A DNA stretch of 51,190 bases, taken from NCBI GenBank assembly GCA_036770065.1, contig DAIPJX010000001.1, positions 1 to 51,190 of the forward strand. Direction: 5' to 3'. The notes under the pieces were generated by a model. That model ran no database searches. It saw nothing but the letters and a program-made list of their open reading frames with translations, and was not told where the DNA came from. The position numbers and the translations under genes are program-made. Below, in pieces: positions 1 through 8,451 of this stretch; within the stretch, counting starts at the first letter, position 1, and each line of letters starts with the position of its first letter. Origin of the DNA: Planctomycetota bacterium (GTDB lineage: Bacteria; Planctomycetota; SZUA-567).

Positions 1-175
1 CTTCGCAACTCGCCGTGTGTTTATTTATCCGCGTCTCGTTCGAATTTTTGGAATGTGTGTCAAGCGGCGACTCATTATCGGTCGATAAGACCGAGTGTGG
101 ATAGTATCGGGACAGCGCGTTGTTGTGCGCGTGTTCAGTTTGTCGTTTGACCGCCGGGCCGGTCTGGAGAATAGC

Positions 176-2440
176 ATGAGAACAGCCGAAACCATTTTAA
201 AAGAGTATCTTGAACAGGGGTATAGCCTTCCGGCGTTGCGTGCATTGGCGGACAGCCGTTCCGAGCCGTTGCGTTCGGAGATGTCCGTCATCCTTGATCG
301 ATTGGAGTATCTTGTTCCGGCTCAATCGGCTGAAGCGGCGCAGGAGGATGCTGTATTTTTCATGGCGGAAGATGATGAGATTACCGATTGCGAGGCAGTG
401 ATCGATTTCAATGTCATGGCAGAAGAGACGCCGGCGGAAGCGGTGGAGGTTGTCGCGCCGGCCGGAGGATCGGTTGCAGGCATTGTAATTGGCGAGACCG
501 ACGGTTCGGAAATGGTCGAGTTGCTGGACGTTCCGGTTCAGGAGCGGGCGGCGCAATCGTCCGGCGATTATTTGCCCGCGGCGTCCGTGAAAGCGGCAGC
601 GCCGGAAGAACCGGAAGCGGATGTGGTGGCGGAGTTGTCCGGACCGGCCGCTGATCATGAAGAAACGGTTATGGCACAGGCGGCTCCGTTGGCGCCTTCC
701 TTGTCGCCGAACAAGCAGGAATCGCGAAGCGAGCGTCGCCGCCGTGTTCGCGCGGAGAAGAGGAAACTAAAAAAGCTGCGCCACGGGCGCGATTTGGCTT
801 CCCGGACGATGCCTGAAATTATTCTTTCCACTTCGGAGGCTCCCGACACGCTTCAGCCCACGCAGGCGCTGGCCGACAGCGTGGAGGACGAAGAGTACAA
901 CAACAATATCATCGCATTTCATCCGAAGTATCCGGTTGAAAGCGGGGAGGATGAATCCGGGGAAGCGGACGATGGGGGAGCGCCGCGTCTTCGCATGTTG
1001 ACTCTTGACGAGGTGACGGAGGAGCCGGAGTCGCTTGCCTCGCTGATGGAGTCGGATGGCGCGGGCGAGTCGTATCTTTCGGACGAGCGGATTATGTTGA
1101 CGATGGTGCCCGAGACGCCGGAGTTGAATCGCGAGGCTCTTATCGGCGAAGTTCGGAAAGAATTGGAGAAAGAGTTCCACGAGCGGATGTCTGAAATTTC
1201 CGCGCGTCTTGCGGAAACGCAGTCTCTTGCGGATGCAAGCGATTTGCTCGTGCGCGAACAAAAGAATGCGCTGGATGTCAGGGGCGCGGAACTGGACGCA
1301 AAATCGGCTGAACTGGACGCGGTGGCGTCGGAACTCGCGTCGATTCGAAAAACAGTTTCCATGCTGGAGGAGGCTGGCCAGTCGCTTCGGGGGGAACTGG
1401 ACGAAACGCTCGCCGAGGATGCCCGAAAGCAGGCGAAACTCAACGAGTACGCCGAGATTATGGGCGAGCACGAGCGATTGTACAAGGAATTCGAGGATTT
1501 GCGCGTCGCGTACAATGAAGTTGTCGGCGACGTCATGCCCGCATTGCAAAAGGAGCGCGACGATCTTGTGCTGACGGTTGAACGGCAATGCGAGAGCGAG
1601 AGTCGGTTGCGTTCGTCTCTTGGTTCGGCCCGGAAGCGTTTGACTGTCGGGTACAGTTTGGGTGCGGCGGCGGTTGGAATGCTTGTCGTTTTGCCGGTAT
1701 TCAACTGGATGCGTTCCGGTCATGACGAACGCGAGTTTGCGTATGACAGTCAGCGTGTCGGCGAGTTGCGCGAGCAGTTGGAGAAGGCGGAATTGCAGAA
1801 TCTTGAGAATGAGAAGCATATTTTCAATCTTGAGCGCAAGGTTGATTTACAGTTGGCGGAACTCGGCAAGATGTCCGACAAGCGAACGATGGAGAACGCG
1901 ATGTCCCGGAGCGGCGCGTCGGCGGCGTCGACCGGCACGCCGATTCGCGTTTCCGATATGGCGCTTTCGGGACCGATGGATTCCAATGGTCTTCTCCGGT
2001 ACAACGACGTTCGCGATCCGGCGGGCAGTATTGACAGCCAGGTGGCGATGAACCGTTCCCGCCGCGAGTCCGCGCCGTCGCAACCGCAGTCGTCGGGCGG
2101 TCGCATCGCGGTCAGTTCCCGCGCCCGCACTTCGACCGGCGGTTCGGCACAAATTCGTCAGGCACCGGCGGCGGCGGAGCGTCCGGTCGATACCCGTACG
2201 GCGGCGGTTTCGGCGAATACGTCCCGCAAAGACATGACCACAGCCAAGGTCAAGGCTGGCGAGGGCGTTGCCCAGGTTGTGTATCGTGTTCTCGGTACGC
2301 GCAATCCCGAAGTTATCGATTGGGTTATTCGAGAAAACAACATCAAGAACGATCGTCGCGGCAATCCACGCATTTACCCCGATCAGGAGCTTCGTCTTCC
2401 GAAGGACGGCACATCGGTTCAGTCGGCCAGCATTCGATAA
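176..2440 (+). CDS. LysM-like domain membrane protein with acidic N-terminus and long coiled-coil segment
   Basis: ORF 95..2440. The ATG at 176 is preceded by GGAGAA. It has an E/L/A/R-rich coiled-coil-like stretch (ELDAKSAELDAVASELASIRK...), one TM helix (LGAAAVGMLVVLPVF) and a C-terminal LysM-like motif (KVKAGEGVAQVVYRVLG...IYPDQELRLP). Confidence 0.6.
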   Translation: MRTAETILKEYLEQGYSLPALRALADSRSEPLRSEMSVILDRLEYLVPAQSAEAAQEDAVFFMAEDDEITDCEAVIDFNVMAEETPAEAVEVVAPAGGSVAGIVIGETDGSEMVELLDVPVQERAAQSSGDYLPAASVKAAAPEEPEADVVAELSGPAADHEETVMAQAAPLAPSLSPNKQESRSERRRRVRAEKRKLKKLRHGRDLASRTMPEIILSTSEAPDTLQPTQALADSVEDEEYNNNIIAFHPKYPVESGEDESGEADDGGAPRLRMLTLDEVTEEPESLASLMESDGAGESYLSDERIMLTMVPETPELNREALIGEVRKELEKEFHERMSEISARLAETQSLADASDLLVREQKNALDVRGAELDAKSAELDAVASELASIRKTVSMLEEAGQSLRGELDETLAEDARKQAKLNEYAEIMGEHERLYKEFEDLRVAYNEVVGDVMPALQKERDDLVLTVERQCESESRLRSSLGSARKRLTVGYSLGAAAVGMLVVLPVFNWMRSGHDEREFAYDSQRVGELREQLEKAELQNLENEKHIFNLERKVDLQLAELGKMSDKRTMENAMSRSGASAASTGTPIRVSDMALSGPMDSNGLLRYNDVRDPAGSIDSQVAMNRSRRESAPSQPQSSGGRIAVSSRARTSTGGSAQIRQAPAAAERPVDTRTAAVSANTSRKDMTTAKVKAGEGVAQVVYRVLGTRNPEVIDWVIRENNIKNDRRGNPRIYPDQELRLPKDGTSVQSASIR

Positions 2441-2488
2441 ATTTGGGGTTATACGATTGCGCCGATGTGATGAAATCATGACGCATCC

Positions 2489-2526
2489 GTCCTGACTTGT
2501 TCCAAGTCAGGACAGATATTTTTTTT
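2489..2526 (+). terminator. Rho-independent terminator after the LysM protein gene
   Basis: GTCCTGACTT / AAGTCAGGAC 10-bp stem followed by AGATATTTTTTTT. Confidence 0.75.
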
Positions 2527-2544
2527 GCCCTGCTGATATTACTA

Positions 2545-2572
2545 TTGACACAGGATGGATTTCTGTCACAAT
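2545..2572 (+). promoter_or_regulatory. Candidate sigma70 promoter for the small-ORF/NUDIX/hrpA unit
   Basis: TTGACA (2545-2550), 16-nt spacer, CACAAT (2567-2572) with TG two nt upstream (extended -10 like). Confidence 0.4.
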
Positions 2573-2647
2573 TTCTATACAAGTCAGTTTGCGTTTGCTT
2601 TTTCCAACCTGGAAGGGCCAGGTGGATTGCTAAGGTTTGGCATTGTC

Positions 2648-2857
2648 ATGGCTGGCAAGATCAGCATTTTAATAGAGCAGCTTATTGCTTTGCGGACAAA
2701 AGGCGATCGCGGCATGGTCGCGCCGTTGAAGATTAAGCTGATCATGAAAGGCGTGGATCCCGACATGTATAATGCATCCACCCCGGACAATCCCATTGTA
2801 ATTCAACGCGTCATTGCGATTGCCAAGGAAATGGGTTACGACTTAACCCTGCAATAA
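2648..2857 (+). CDS. Hypothetical small protein (69 aa)
   Basis: Internal ATG of ORF 2555..2857 (MAGKISILIEQLIALRTKGDRG...). It ends 3 nt before the NUDIX start. No family recognised. Confidence 0.45.
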   Translation: MAGKISILIEQLIALRTKGDRGMVAPLKIKLIMKGVDPDMYNASTPDNPIVIQRVIAIAKEMGYDLTLQ

Positions 2858-2860
2858 TCA

Positions 2861-3349
2861 ATGCGATACACACCTATACTCGGCACACTCGGGTACATTC
2901 TTTCTCCGGATCGTGAAAATGTTCTTTTGGTGCACCGGATTGCCCGGCGGCATGACGATCAATTGGGCAAGTACAATGGCCTTGGCGGGAAGATGGACAG
3001 GGGCGAGGACATTGCATCGTGCATGATTCGCGAGATTCGTGAAGAATCGGGTCTTGTTGTTACGGAGATGGGATTTCGGGGGACGATTAACTGGACCAAT
3101 TTTGGTCCGAAAGGTGAGGACTGGCTTGGTTTTATTTTTTTGATCACGGGATTTTCGGGTGTTATGAATCAAGAGAGTCCCGAGGGTCCGCTTTCGTGGG
3201 TGCGTTTGGATTCGCTTTCCGATCTTCCGATGTGGGAGGGCGACCGTCACTTTCTTCCATTGGTGTTTGACGGTGATCCGAGGCCGTTTCATGGGGTCAT
3301 GCCGTACGACAGGGACAAACTGCTCAATTGGAGTTACGTCCGCCTGTAA
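2861..3349 (+). CDS. NUDIX hydrolase (MutT-like)
   Basis: Nudix box GGKMDRGEDIASCMIREIREESGL (GX5EX7REUXEEXGU). Confidence 0.85.
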   Translation: MRYTPILGTLGYILSPDRENVLLVHRIARRHDDQLGKYNGLGGKMDRGEDIASCMIREIREESGLVVTEMGFRGTINWTNFGPKGEDWLGFIFLITGFSGVMNQESPEGPLSWVRLDSLSDLPMWEGDRHFLPLVFDGDPRPFHGVMPYDRDKLLNWSYVRL

Positions 3350-3382
3350 TAATGCCCCGCCCGATTATCCCAAGGATAAGTA

Positions 3383-6300
3383 TTGAACACGGAACCAAAT
3401 ACTTCACCCGCCCCAAACGACATCCCCTCGCATGTGCTGGAACACCTGAACGAAACCATGCTCCGCGACCGCCCGCGCCTCGGCAGAGACGCAGTACGCC
3501 TCAAGGCAATCGCCAAAAAATCGGACAAGGATTTGCTCGCAATCGACCGCTTGTGGACGCTCTTTGAAAAATCCGCCCGCATACGGACCGCCCGCGCGCA
3601 ACAAGCGCCCATACTGGAATTTCCGCCCGAACTGACCATCAGCGAACAAATACGCAACATAACCGAAACAATTCAAAACAATCAGGTCGTCATTATCGCC
3701 GGCTCAACCGGCTCGGGAAAAACAACCCAGCTTCCCAAAATTTGCCTTTCGCTCGGACGCGGACAGGAAGGCATGATCGGCATCACCCAGCCCCGACGCA
3801 TCGCCGCCATGTCGGTTGCGGCGCGAGTCGCCCGCGAAGTCAACACCAGCCTCGGCGAAATGGTCGGCTATCAAATCCGCTTCCAGGCCCGCGCCAAACC
3901 GGAAACGCTGGTCAAATTCATGACCGACGGCGTTCTCCTGAACGAACTCAGGGGAGACCCCGAACTGCTCGCCTACGACACGGTGATTCTGGACGAAGCG
4001 CACGAACGGAACCTGGATACGGATCTGCTCCTCGGCTGCATCCGCCGCATACTGCCGTCCAGGCCGAATTTCCGGCTCATCGTTTCGTCCGCGACGCTTG
4101 ACGTGGAACGCTTCGCCGCCTACTTCGACGACGCGCCGGTCATCCTTCTCGAAGGCAGAACCTATCCCGTCGACGTACGCTACCGCCCGCCGGAAGACGA
4201 AGACGAGGACGATCCCGATCTTGACGTTATGATTCTCCACGCGGTGGAAGAACTGGTCCGTGAATTGCCGACCGGAGACATTCTCGTATTTCTTCCCGGC
4301 GAAGGCGACATCCGCGAAGCGGGCGATACGCTCATGCGATCGGGACCGCGCGACTGCCTGATAACGCCGCTCTATTCGCGCCTCACGCCTGAAGAGCAAC
4401 AGAAAGCGTTTCAGGCGACGGAACGGCGGAAAATCATTCTCGCCACCAACGTGGCGGAAACGTCGTTGACGATTCCGTCCGTCCGCGCAGTTATCGATTC
4501 GGGCCTTGCCCGCATGAAACGCGTGTCCGACCGCGCATCGGTCGAACGGTTGCAAATTGAAAAGATCAGCCAGGCATCGGCGGAACAGCGGAAAGGCCGC
4601 GCCGGACGAGTCGCGCCGGGCATTTGCGTGCGGCTGTATTCGGAAAAGGATTTTCTCAAGCGCCCCGCCTTTACCGATCCGGAAATTCGCCGGGCGTCGC
4701 TCGCGTCCGTCATCTTGCGCTTGCGCCATTTGGGCCTCGGCGCGGTGGAGGAGTTTCCGTTCCTTGACGCGCCCCAACCGTCGCGGGTGGCGGAAGGCTA
4801 CCGCGAACTGGCCGAACTGGGCGCGCTCGACGAAAAACGCGCCATCACCGGTCATGGCCGGCGCATGGCGGCGCTGCCGGTCGAACCGCGCTTTGCCCGG
4901 ATACTGCTCGAGGCGAAGCGAAACGGCGTTCTGGAACCGGCGCTGATCATTGTCGGCATGCTGACGGTGCAGGACCCGCGCGAGCGTCCCCAACAGAAAA
5001 AAGGCGAAGCGGAAGCGGCGCATCGCCGTTTCCTGCATCCGAAATCCGATTTTCTCGGCTGGCTGCAATTGTGGAAGTTTTACGACGACGCGTTGGCGGC
5101 GGCGCCGTCGAAATCGCAGGCGCGCAAATTCTGCCGACAGAATTTTTTGAATTACCTGCGCATGCAGGAATGGCGCGATGTGCGACGGCAGGCGGCGGAC
5201 ATCATGGCGGCGATTGAAGACGGGAAAGATGCGCCGCCCACTTCCCCGCCCCTCGCCCACGCCGACAAGGACGGCGGCTACGCGCGGCTGCACAAGGCGA
5301 TTTTGGCGGGGCTGCTTGGCCGCATGGGCAAGCGCACGGAAGAGAACGAGTATCAGGGCGCGCGCGGCGTGAAGTTTTTGCTTTGGCCCGGATCAGGGCT
5401 TGCCCGCGCCGCGCGTGAACGACGCGACGCCAGCCGTCATGCGGGCGACATGCCGAGTGAAATCAAGCGAAAGAGCCAATTGCCGCTGTGGGTGGTCGCG
5501 GCGGAACTGGCGGACACCAGCCGCCTGTTCGGGCGGGGCGTCGCCGAGATTGATCCGTTGTGGGCGGAAGAACTGGCCGGACATCTGGCAAAGCGTTCGT
5601 ATTCGGAACCATTCTACGATGCGCGGTCGGGGTTTGTCCGGGCGCGCGAAAAAGTCGAGGTCTACGGGCTGCCGGTGATAGAAGGACGGCGCGTCCATTA
5701 TGCCTCGGTCAATCCGGTCGCGGCGCGGGAGATTTTCATCCGCCAGGCGCTGGTCGAAGAAAACTTGACGGCAAAGTTTTCATTTTTTGCCGAAAACACC
5801 GCCCTCGCCCACGCTGTCGCCGAAATCGCCCACAAGGCCCGGCAACCGATCATGGCGAGCGCCGACGCGATGTACCGGTTTTACAACGAACGGTTGCCGG
5901 AGGATGTGCATAACGATCGGGCGCTGGGAAAATTTTATTACGCGGAAGAAAAGAAACGCCCCGGTTTTCTTCTGCTGACGCGCGAATACCTGATGGACAA
6001 CCCGCCGGACGGCATTACGCCCGACCGTTTTCCCCGGGAAATAGCGCTGGCGGGCCGCACCTATCCCCTGTCGTACATGTTTCATCCGGGGCATGACGAA
6101 GACGGGGTGACGGTGACGGTTCCGGTTGCCGACATTCCCAATTTGCCGGCGTGGCGGATGGACTGGCTGGTTCCGGGACTTCTTGGCATGAAGGTGGCGG
6201 ATTTGCTTCGTCATTTGCCGAAAAGCATCCGGCGCGACGTAACGCCGATTCCCGAAACGGCGGCGGAGATTACCGAACGAATTGGAGCGCCGGATCGGCC

Positions 6301-7414
6301 GCTTACCGAGGCGATTGCCGAGGCGGCCTTCCGCCTCAACGGCATTCGCATTCCGGCCGACGCATGGAACAGGGACGATTTACCGGCGTTTCTTTCCATG
6401 AACATCAGAGCCGTCGACCAGCACGGACGCACGGTCGGCCATGGCCGGGACGTGGCGGCGCTCGCCGCGTCGCTTCAGTCGGCGGCGAAAAACGCGTTCG
6501 ACGGCATGGACAAGGAGCACTACGAAAAAACCGGTCTGGACGCCTGGACGTTCGGCGATTTGCCCGAACGGGTGGAAATTCGCACCGGCGGCGGCGCGGT
6601 CGCGTTCCCGGCGCTGGTGGATGAAGGAAAAACGGTCGGCATCCGCCTGTTCCACACAGAGGAGGAAGCGAAGGAAGCCATGCCCGGCGGGTATAGGCGG
6701 ATAGTATTCCTGACGCTTGGGTCGGCTTTGGCCAAATTGCGAAAGGATGTGCGTATCCGCATATCCGCAGGTTCGGCCGCATTGTCGCAAACGCTGGGCG
6801 GCGGCGGCGACAGCATTGCGGACGAAGTGGTGACGTCGGCGGCGGACGAAGTGTTCGAGACGGCGGAACCGCCGCGCACGCACCGGCTGTTTCTGGAACG
6901 AATCGCCGGCGGGAAAGAAAACCTATACCCGGTAGCGATGGAAGTGCGCGCCGCGATGGAAGATGCGTTTTCCGAGGCGGCGGGCATCATTCCCCGGCTG
7001 GACCGGCCTCCCACCCCCGCCCATGCCGATTCGTATCGCGACATATTGCGGCAATTGGAATCGCTGTTGTCGCCGGCGGTGCTCCGCTTGGCGACGGCGG
7101 AACAGCTCCGCCAACTTCCCCGCTTTGTCCAGGCCGCCGGAAAACGGCTCGAACGGCTTGCCTACGCCTTGGGCAAGGACAAGCTTCGCCTCGCCGAACT
7201 GCTTCCGTCCCGCCAACGCTATGAAACAGCGGCGACAACGCGCCTGACCGAACGCGAAGCGCGGCTGCTTCTCCAATACAGGTGGCTGATGGAAGAATGG
7301 CGCATCGGGCTGTTCGCGCAGGAGACGGGGCAGAAGATTCTCGGCAGTGCGAAAAAGCTGGATGCGGTCTGGCGAGAATTTACATCCTTGCATGCGTCAA
7401 GAAACAATACATAA
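3383..7414 (+). CDS. hrpA: ATP-dependent RNA helicase HrpA (DEAH-box)
   Basis: 1343 aa. Walker A GSTGSGKTTQLPK, DEAH box (LDEAHERNLDTD), and N-terminal LNETMLRDRPRL resembling E. coli HrpA LDSLMLRDRLRF. TTG start with AAGGA 7 nt upstream. Confidence 0.9.
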   Translation: MNTEPNTSPAPNDIPSHVLEHLNETMLRDRPRLGRDAVRLKAIAKKSDKDLLAIDRLWTLFEKSARIRTARAQQAPILEFPPELTISEQIRNITETIQNNQVVIIAGSTGSGKTTQLPKICLSLGRGQEGMIGITQPRRIAAMSVAARVAREVNTSLGEMVGYQIRFQARAKPETLVKFMTDGVLLNELRGDPELLAYDTVILDEAHERNLDTDLLLGCIRRILPSRPNFRLIVSSATLDVERFAAYFDDAPVILLEGRTYPVDVRYRPPEDEDEDDPDLDVMILHAVEELVRELPTGDILVFLPGEGDIREAGDTLMRSGPRDCLITPLYSRLTPEEQQKAFQATERRKIILATNVAETSLTIPSVRAVIDSGLARMKRVSDRASVERLQIEKISQASAEQRKGRAGRVAPGICVRLYSEKDFLKRPAFTDPEIRRASLASVILRLRHLGLGAVEEFPFLDAPQPSRVAEGYRELAELGALDEKRAITGHGRRMAALPVEPRFARILLEAKRNGVLEPALIIVGMLTVQDPRERPQQKKGEAEAAHRRFLHPKSDFLGWLQLWKFYDDALAAAPSKSQARKFCRQNFLNYLRMQEWRDVRRQAADIMAAIEDGKDAPPTSPPLAHADKDGGYARLHKAILAGLLGRMGKRTEENEYQGARGVKFLLWPGSGLARAARERRDASRHAGDMPSEIKRKSQLPLWVVAAELADTSRLFGRGVAEIDPLWAEELAGHLAKRSYSEPFYDARSGFVRAREKVEVYGLPVIEGRRVHYASVNPVAAREIFIRQALVEENLTAKFSFFAENTALAHAVAEIAHKARQPIMASADAMYRFYNERLPEDVHNDRALGKFYYAEEKKRPGFLLLTREYLMDNPPDGITPDRFPREIALAGRTYPLSYMFHPGHDEDGVTVTVPVADIPNLPAWRMDWLVPGLLGMKVADLLRHLPKSIRRDVTPIPETAAEITERIGAPDRPLTEAIAEAAFRLNGIRIPADAWNRDDLPAFLSMNIRAVDQHGRTVGHGRDVAALAASLQSAAKNAFDGMDKEHYEKTGLDAWTFGDLPERVEIRTGGGAVAFPALVDEGKTVGIRLFHTEEEAKEAMPGGYRRIVFLTLGSALAKLRKDVRIRISAGSAALSQTLGGGGDSIADEVVTSAADEVFETAEPPRTHRLFLERIAGGKENLYPVAMEVRAAMEDAFSEAAGIIPRLDRPPTPAHADSYRDILRQLESLLSPAVLRLATAEQLRQLPRFVQAAGKRLERLAYALGKDKLRLAELLPSRQRYETAATTRLTEREARLLLQYRWLMEEWRIGLFAQETGQKILGSAKKLDAVWREFTSLHASRNNT

Positions 7415-7657
7415 GATCTTTCGAAAAAACCAAATGCAAAAATCTCCGATTTTGGAATGTTTTCGCACCATACCCCCCGCAACCGAACAGTTGAATTTCC
7501 ACGCTGCCGGATTGTCTCAAAAAGAATGGGGGGACATTCCAGCGTTTCGCACTTTTTTTGGAAGAAATTCAACTTTTTTCCGATGCGTTACTTCATGCCA
7601 GCATAGCGGTTAAAATAAAGCGTCCCGCCTCCTTCAACATTGACCGCACCTTTTTGC

Positions 7658-7686
7658 TTGACGCACAATATCCTGTGGGCAATAAT
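7658..7686 (+). promoter_or_regulatory. Candidate sigma70 promoter upstream of nrdR
   Basis: TTGACG (7658-7663), 17-nt spacer, AATAAT (7681-7686). Confidence 0.5.
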
Positions 7687-7694
7687 ACCAAAAG

Positions 7695-7732
7695 CACTAG
7701 TGATGGTAGTTCACTAGATACAATACCATAGT
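7695..7732. promoter_or_regulatory. Cluster of ACTA/TAGT inverted repeats (operator-like) just downstream of the nrdR promoter
   Basis: CACTAGTG palindrome (7695-7702), ACTA-N7-TAGT (7696-7710), TAGT-TC-ACTA, ACTA-N12-TAGT (7713-7732). The spacing does not fit the canonical 16-bp NrdR box. Confidence 0.3.
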
Positions 7733-7881
7733 ATGTCATCAAGCTGTTTTATCATTCGGCATCGGGGGCTTTTGACGAATCGGGCAGGTATTTTTTGAGC
7801 GACGCATTTTTCGGGTCGCGGGTTTTTTACGTACTCACGATATTTTCGGTACGGGTTGAATCACTTGGCAATGGAGTATGA

Positions 7882-8364
7882 ATGCGCTGCCCTTTTTGCA
7901 AAAAAGATAACGATAAGGTCATCGATACCAGACCGTCGGAAGACGGATCGGTTATCCGGAGGCGGCGCGAGTGCCTGGAGTGCGGCAAGCGCTTCACAAC
8001 CCACGAACGGCTGGAAGAAATGCCGGTCCGGGTCGTCAAAAAAACAGGTCGGCGAGAACCGTTCGAACGCGGAAAAATCCTGAACGGCGTCATGCGGGCG
8101 GTGGAAAAACGCTCCATCTCGCTTGAAACTGTGGAACGGTTGGTGGAATCCATTGAACGGGAAGTTCTGGAAGGGTCGGACCGCGAAATCACCACAAATG
8201 AAATAGGCGAACTTGTCATGGCGAAATTGCGGGCGGTGGACGAAGTGGCGTATGTCCGCTTTGCGTCGGTATATCGCGAATTCCAGGCGCTGGAAGAGTT
8301 TATCCATGAAATCCGGACGATTAAACCGAATGGCAACGGCTTGAACGGACCGCAATCACAATGA
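7882..8364 (+). CDS. nrdR: Transcriptional repressor NrdR
   Basis: MRCPFCKKDNDKVIDTRPSEDGSVIRRRRECLECGKRFTTHERLEE zinc ribbon plus ATP-cone. GGAG 7 nt upstream of the ATG. Confidence 0.95.
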   Translation: MRCPFCKKDNDKVIDTRPSEDGSVIRRRRECLECGKRFTTHERLEEMPVRVVKKTGRREPFERGKILNGVMRAVEKRSISLETVERLVESIEREVLEGSDREITTNEIGELVMAKLRAVDEVAYVRFASVYREFQALEEFIHEIRTIKPNGNGLNGPQSQ

Positions 8365-8372
8365 CCATAGAC

Positions 8373-8412
8373 CACGATTCGTATCGTGATACTACAAATA
8401 AATTGGTATAAT
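8373..8412 (+). promoter_or_regulatory. 16-bp palindrome plus extended -10 promoter upstream of nrdD
   Basis: CACGAT-TCGT-ATCGTG (8373-8388) and TGGTATAAT (8404-8412). The palindrome overlaps the -35 position. Confidence 0.4.
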
Positions 8413-8451
8413 CATTATAGACATCACAGTACTCAATGGAGAGAAAAGAAC

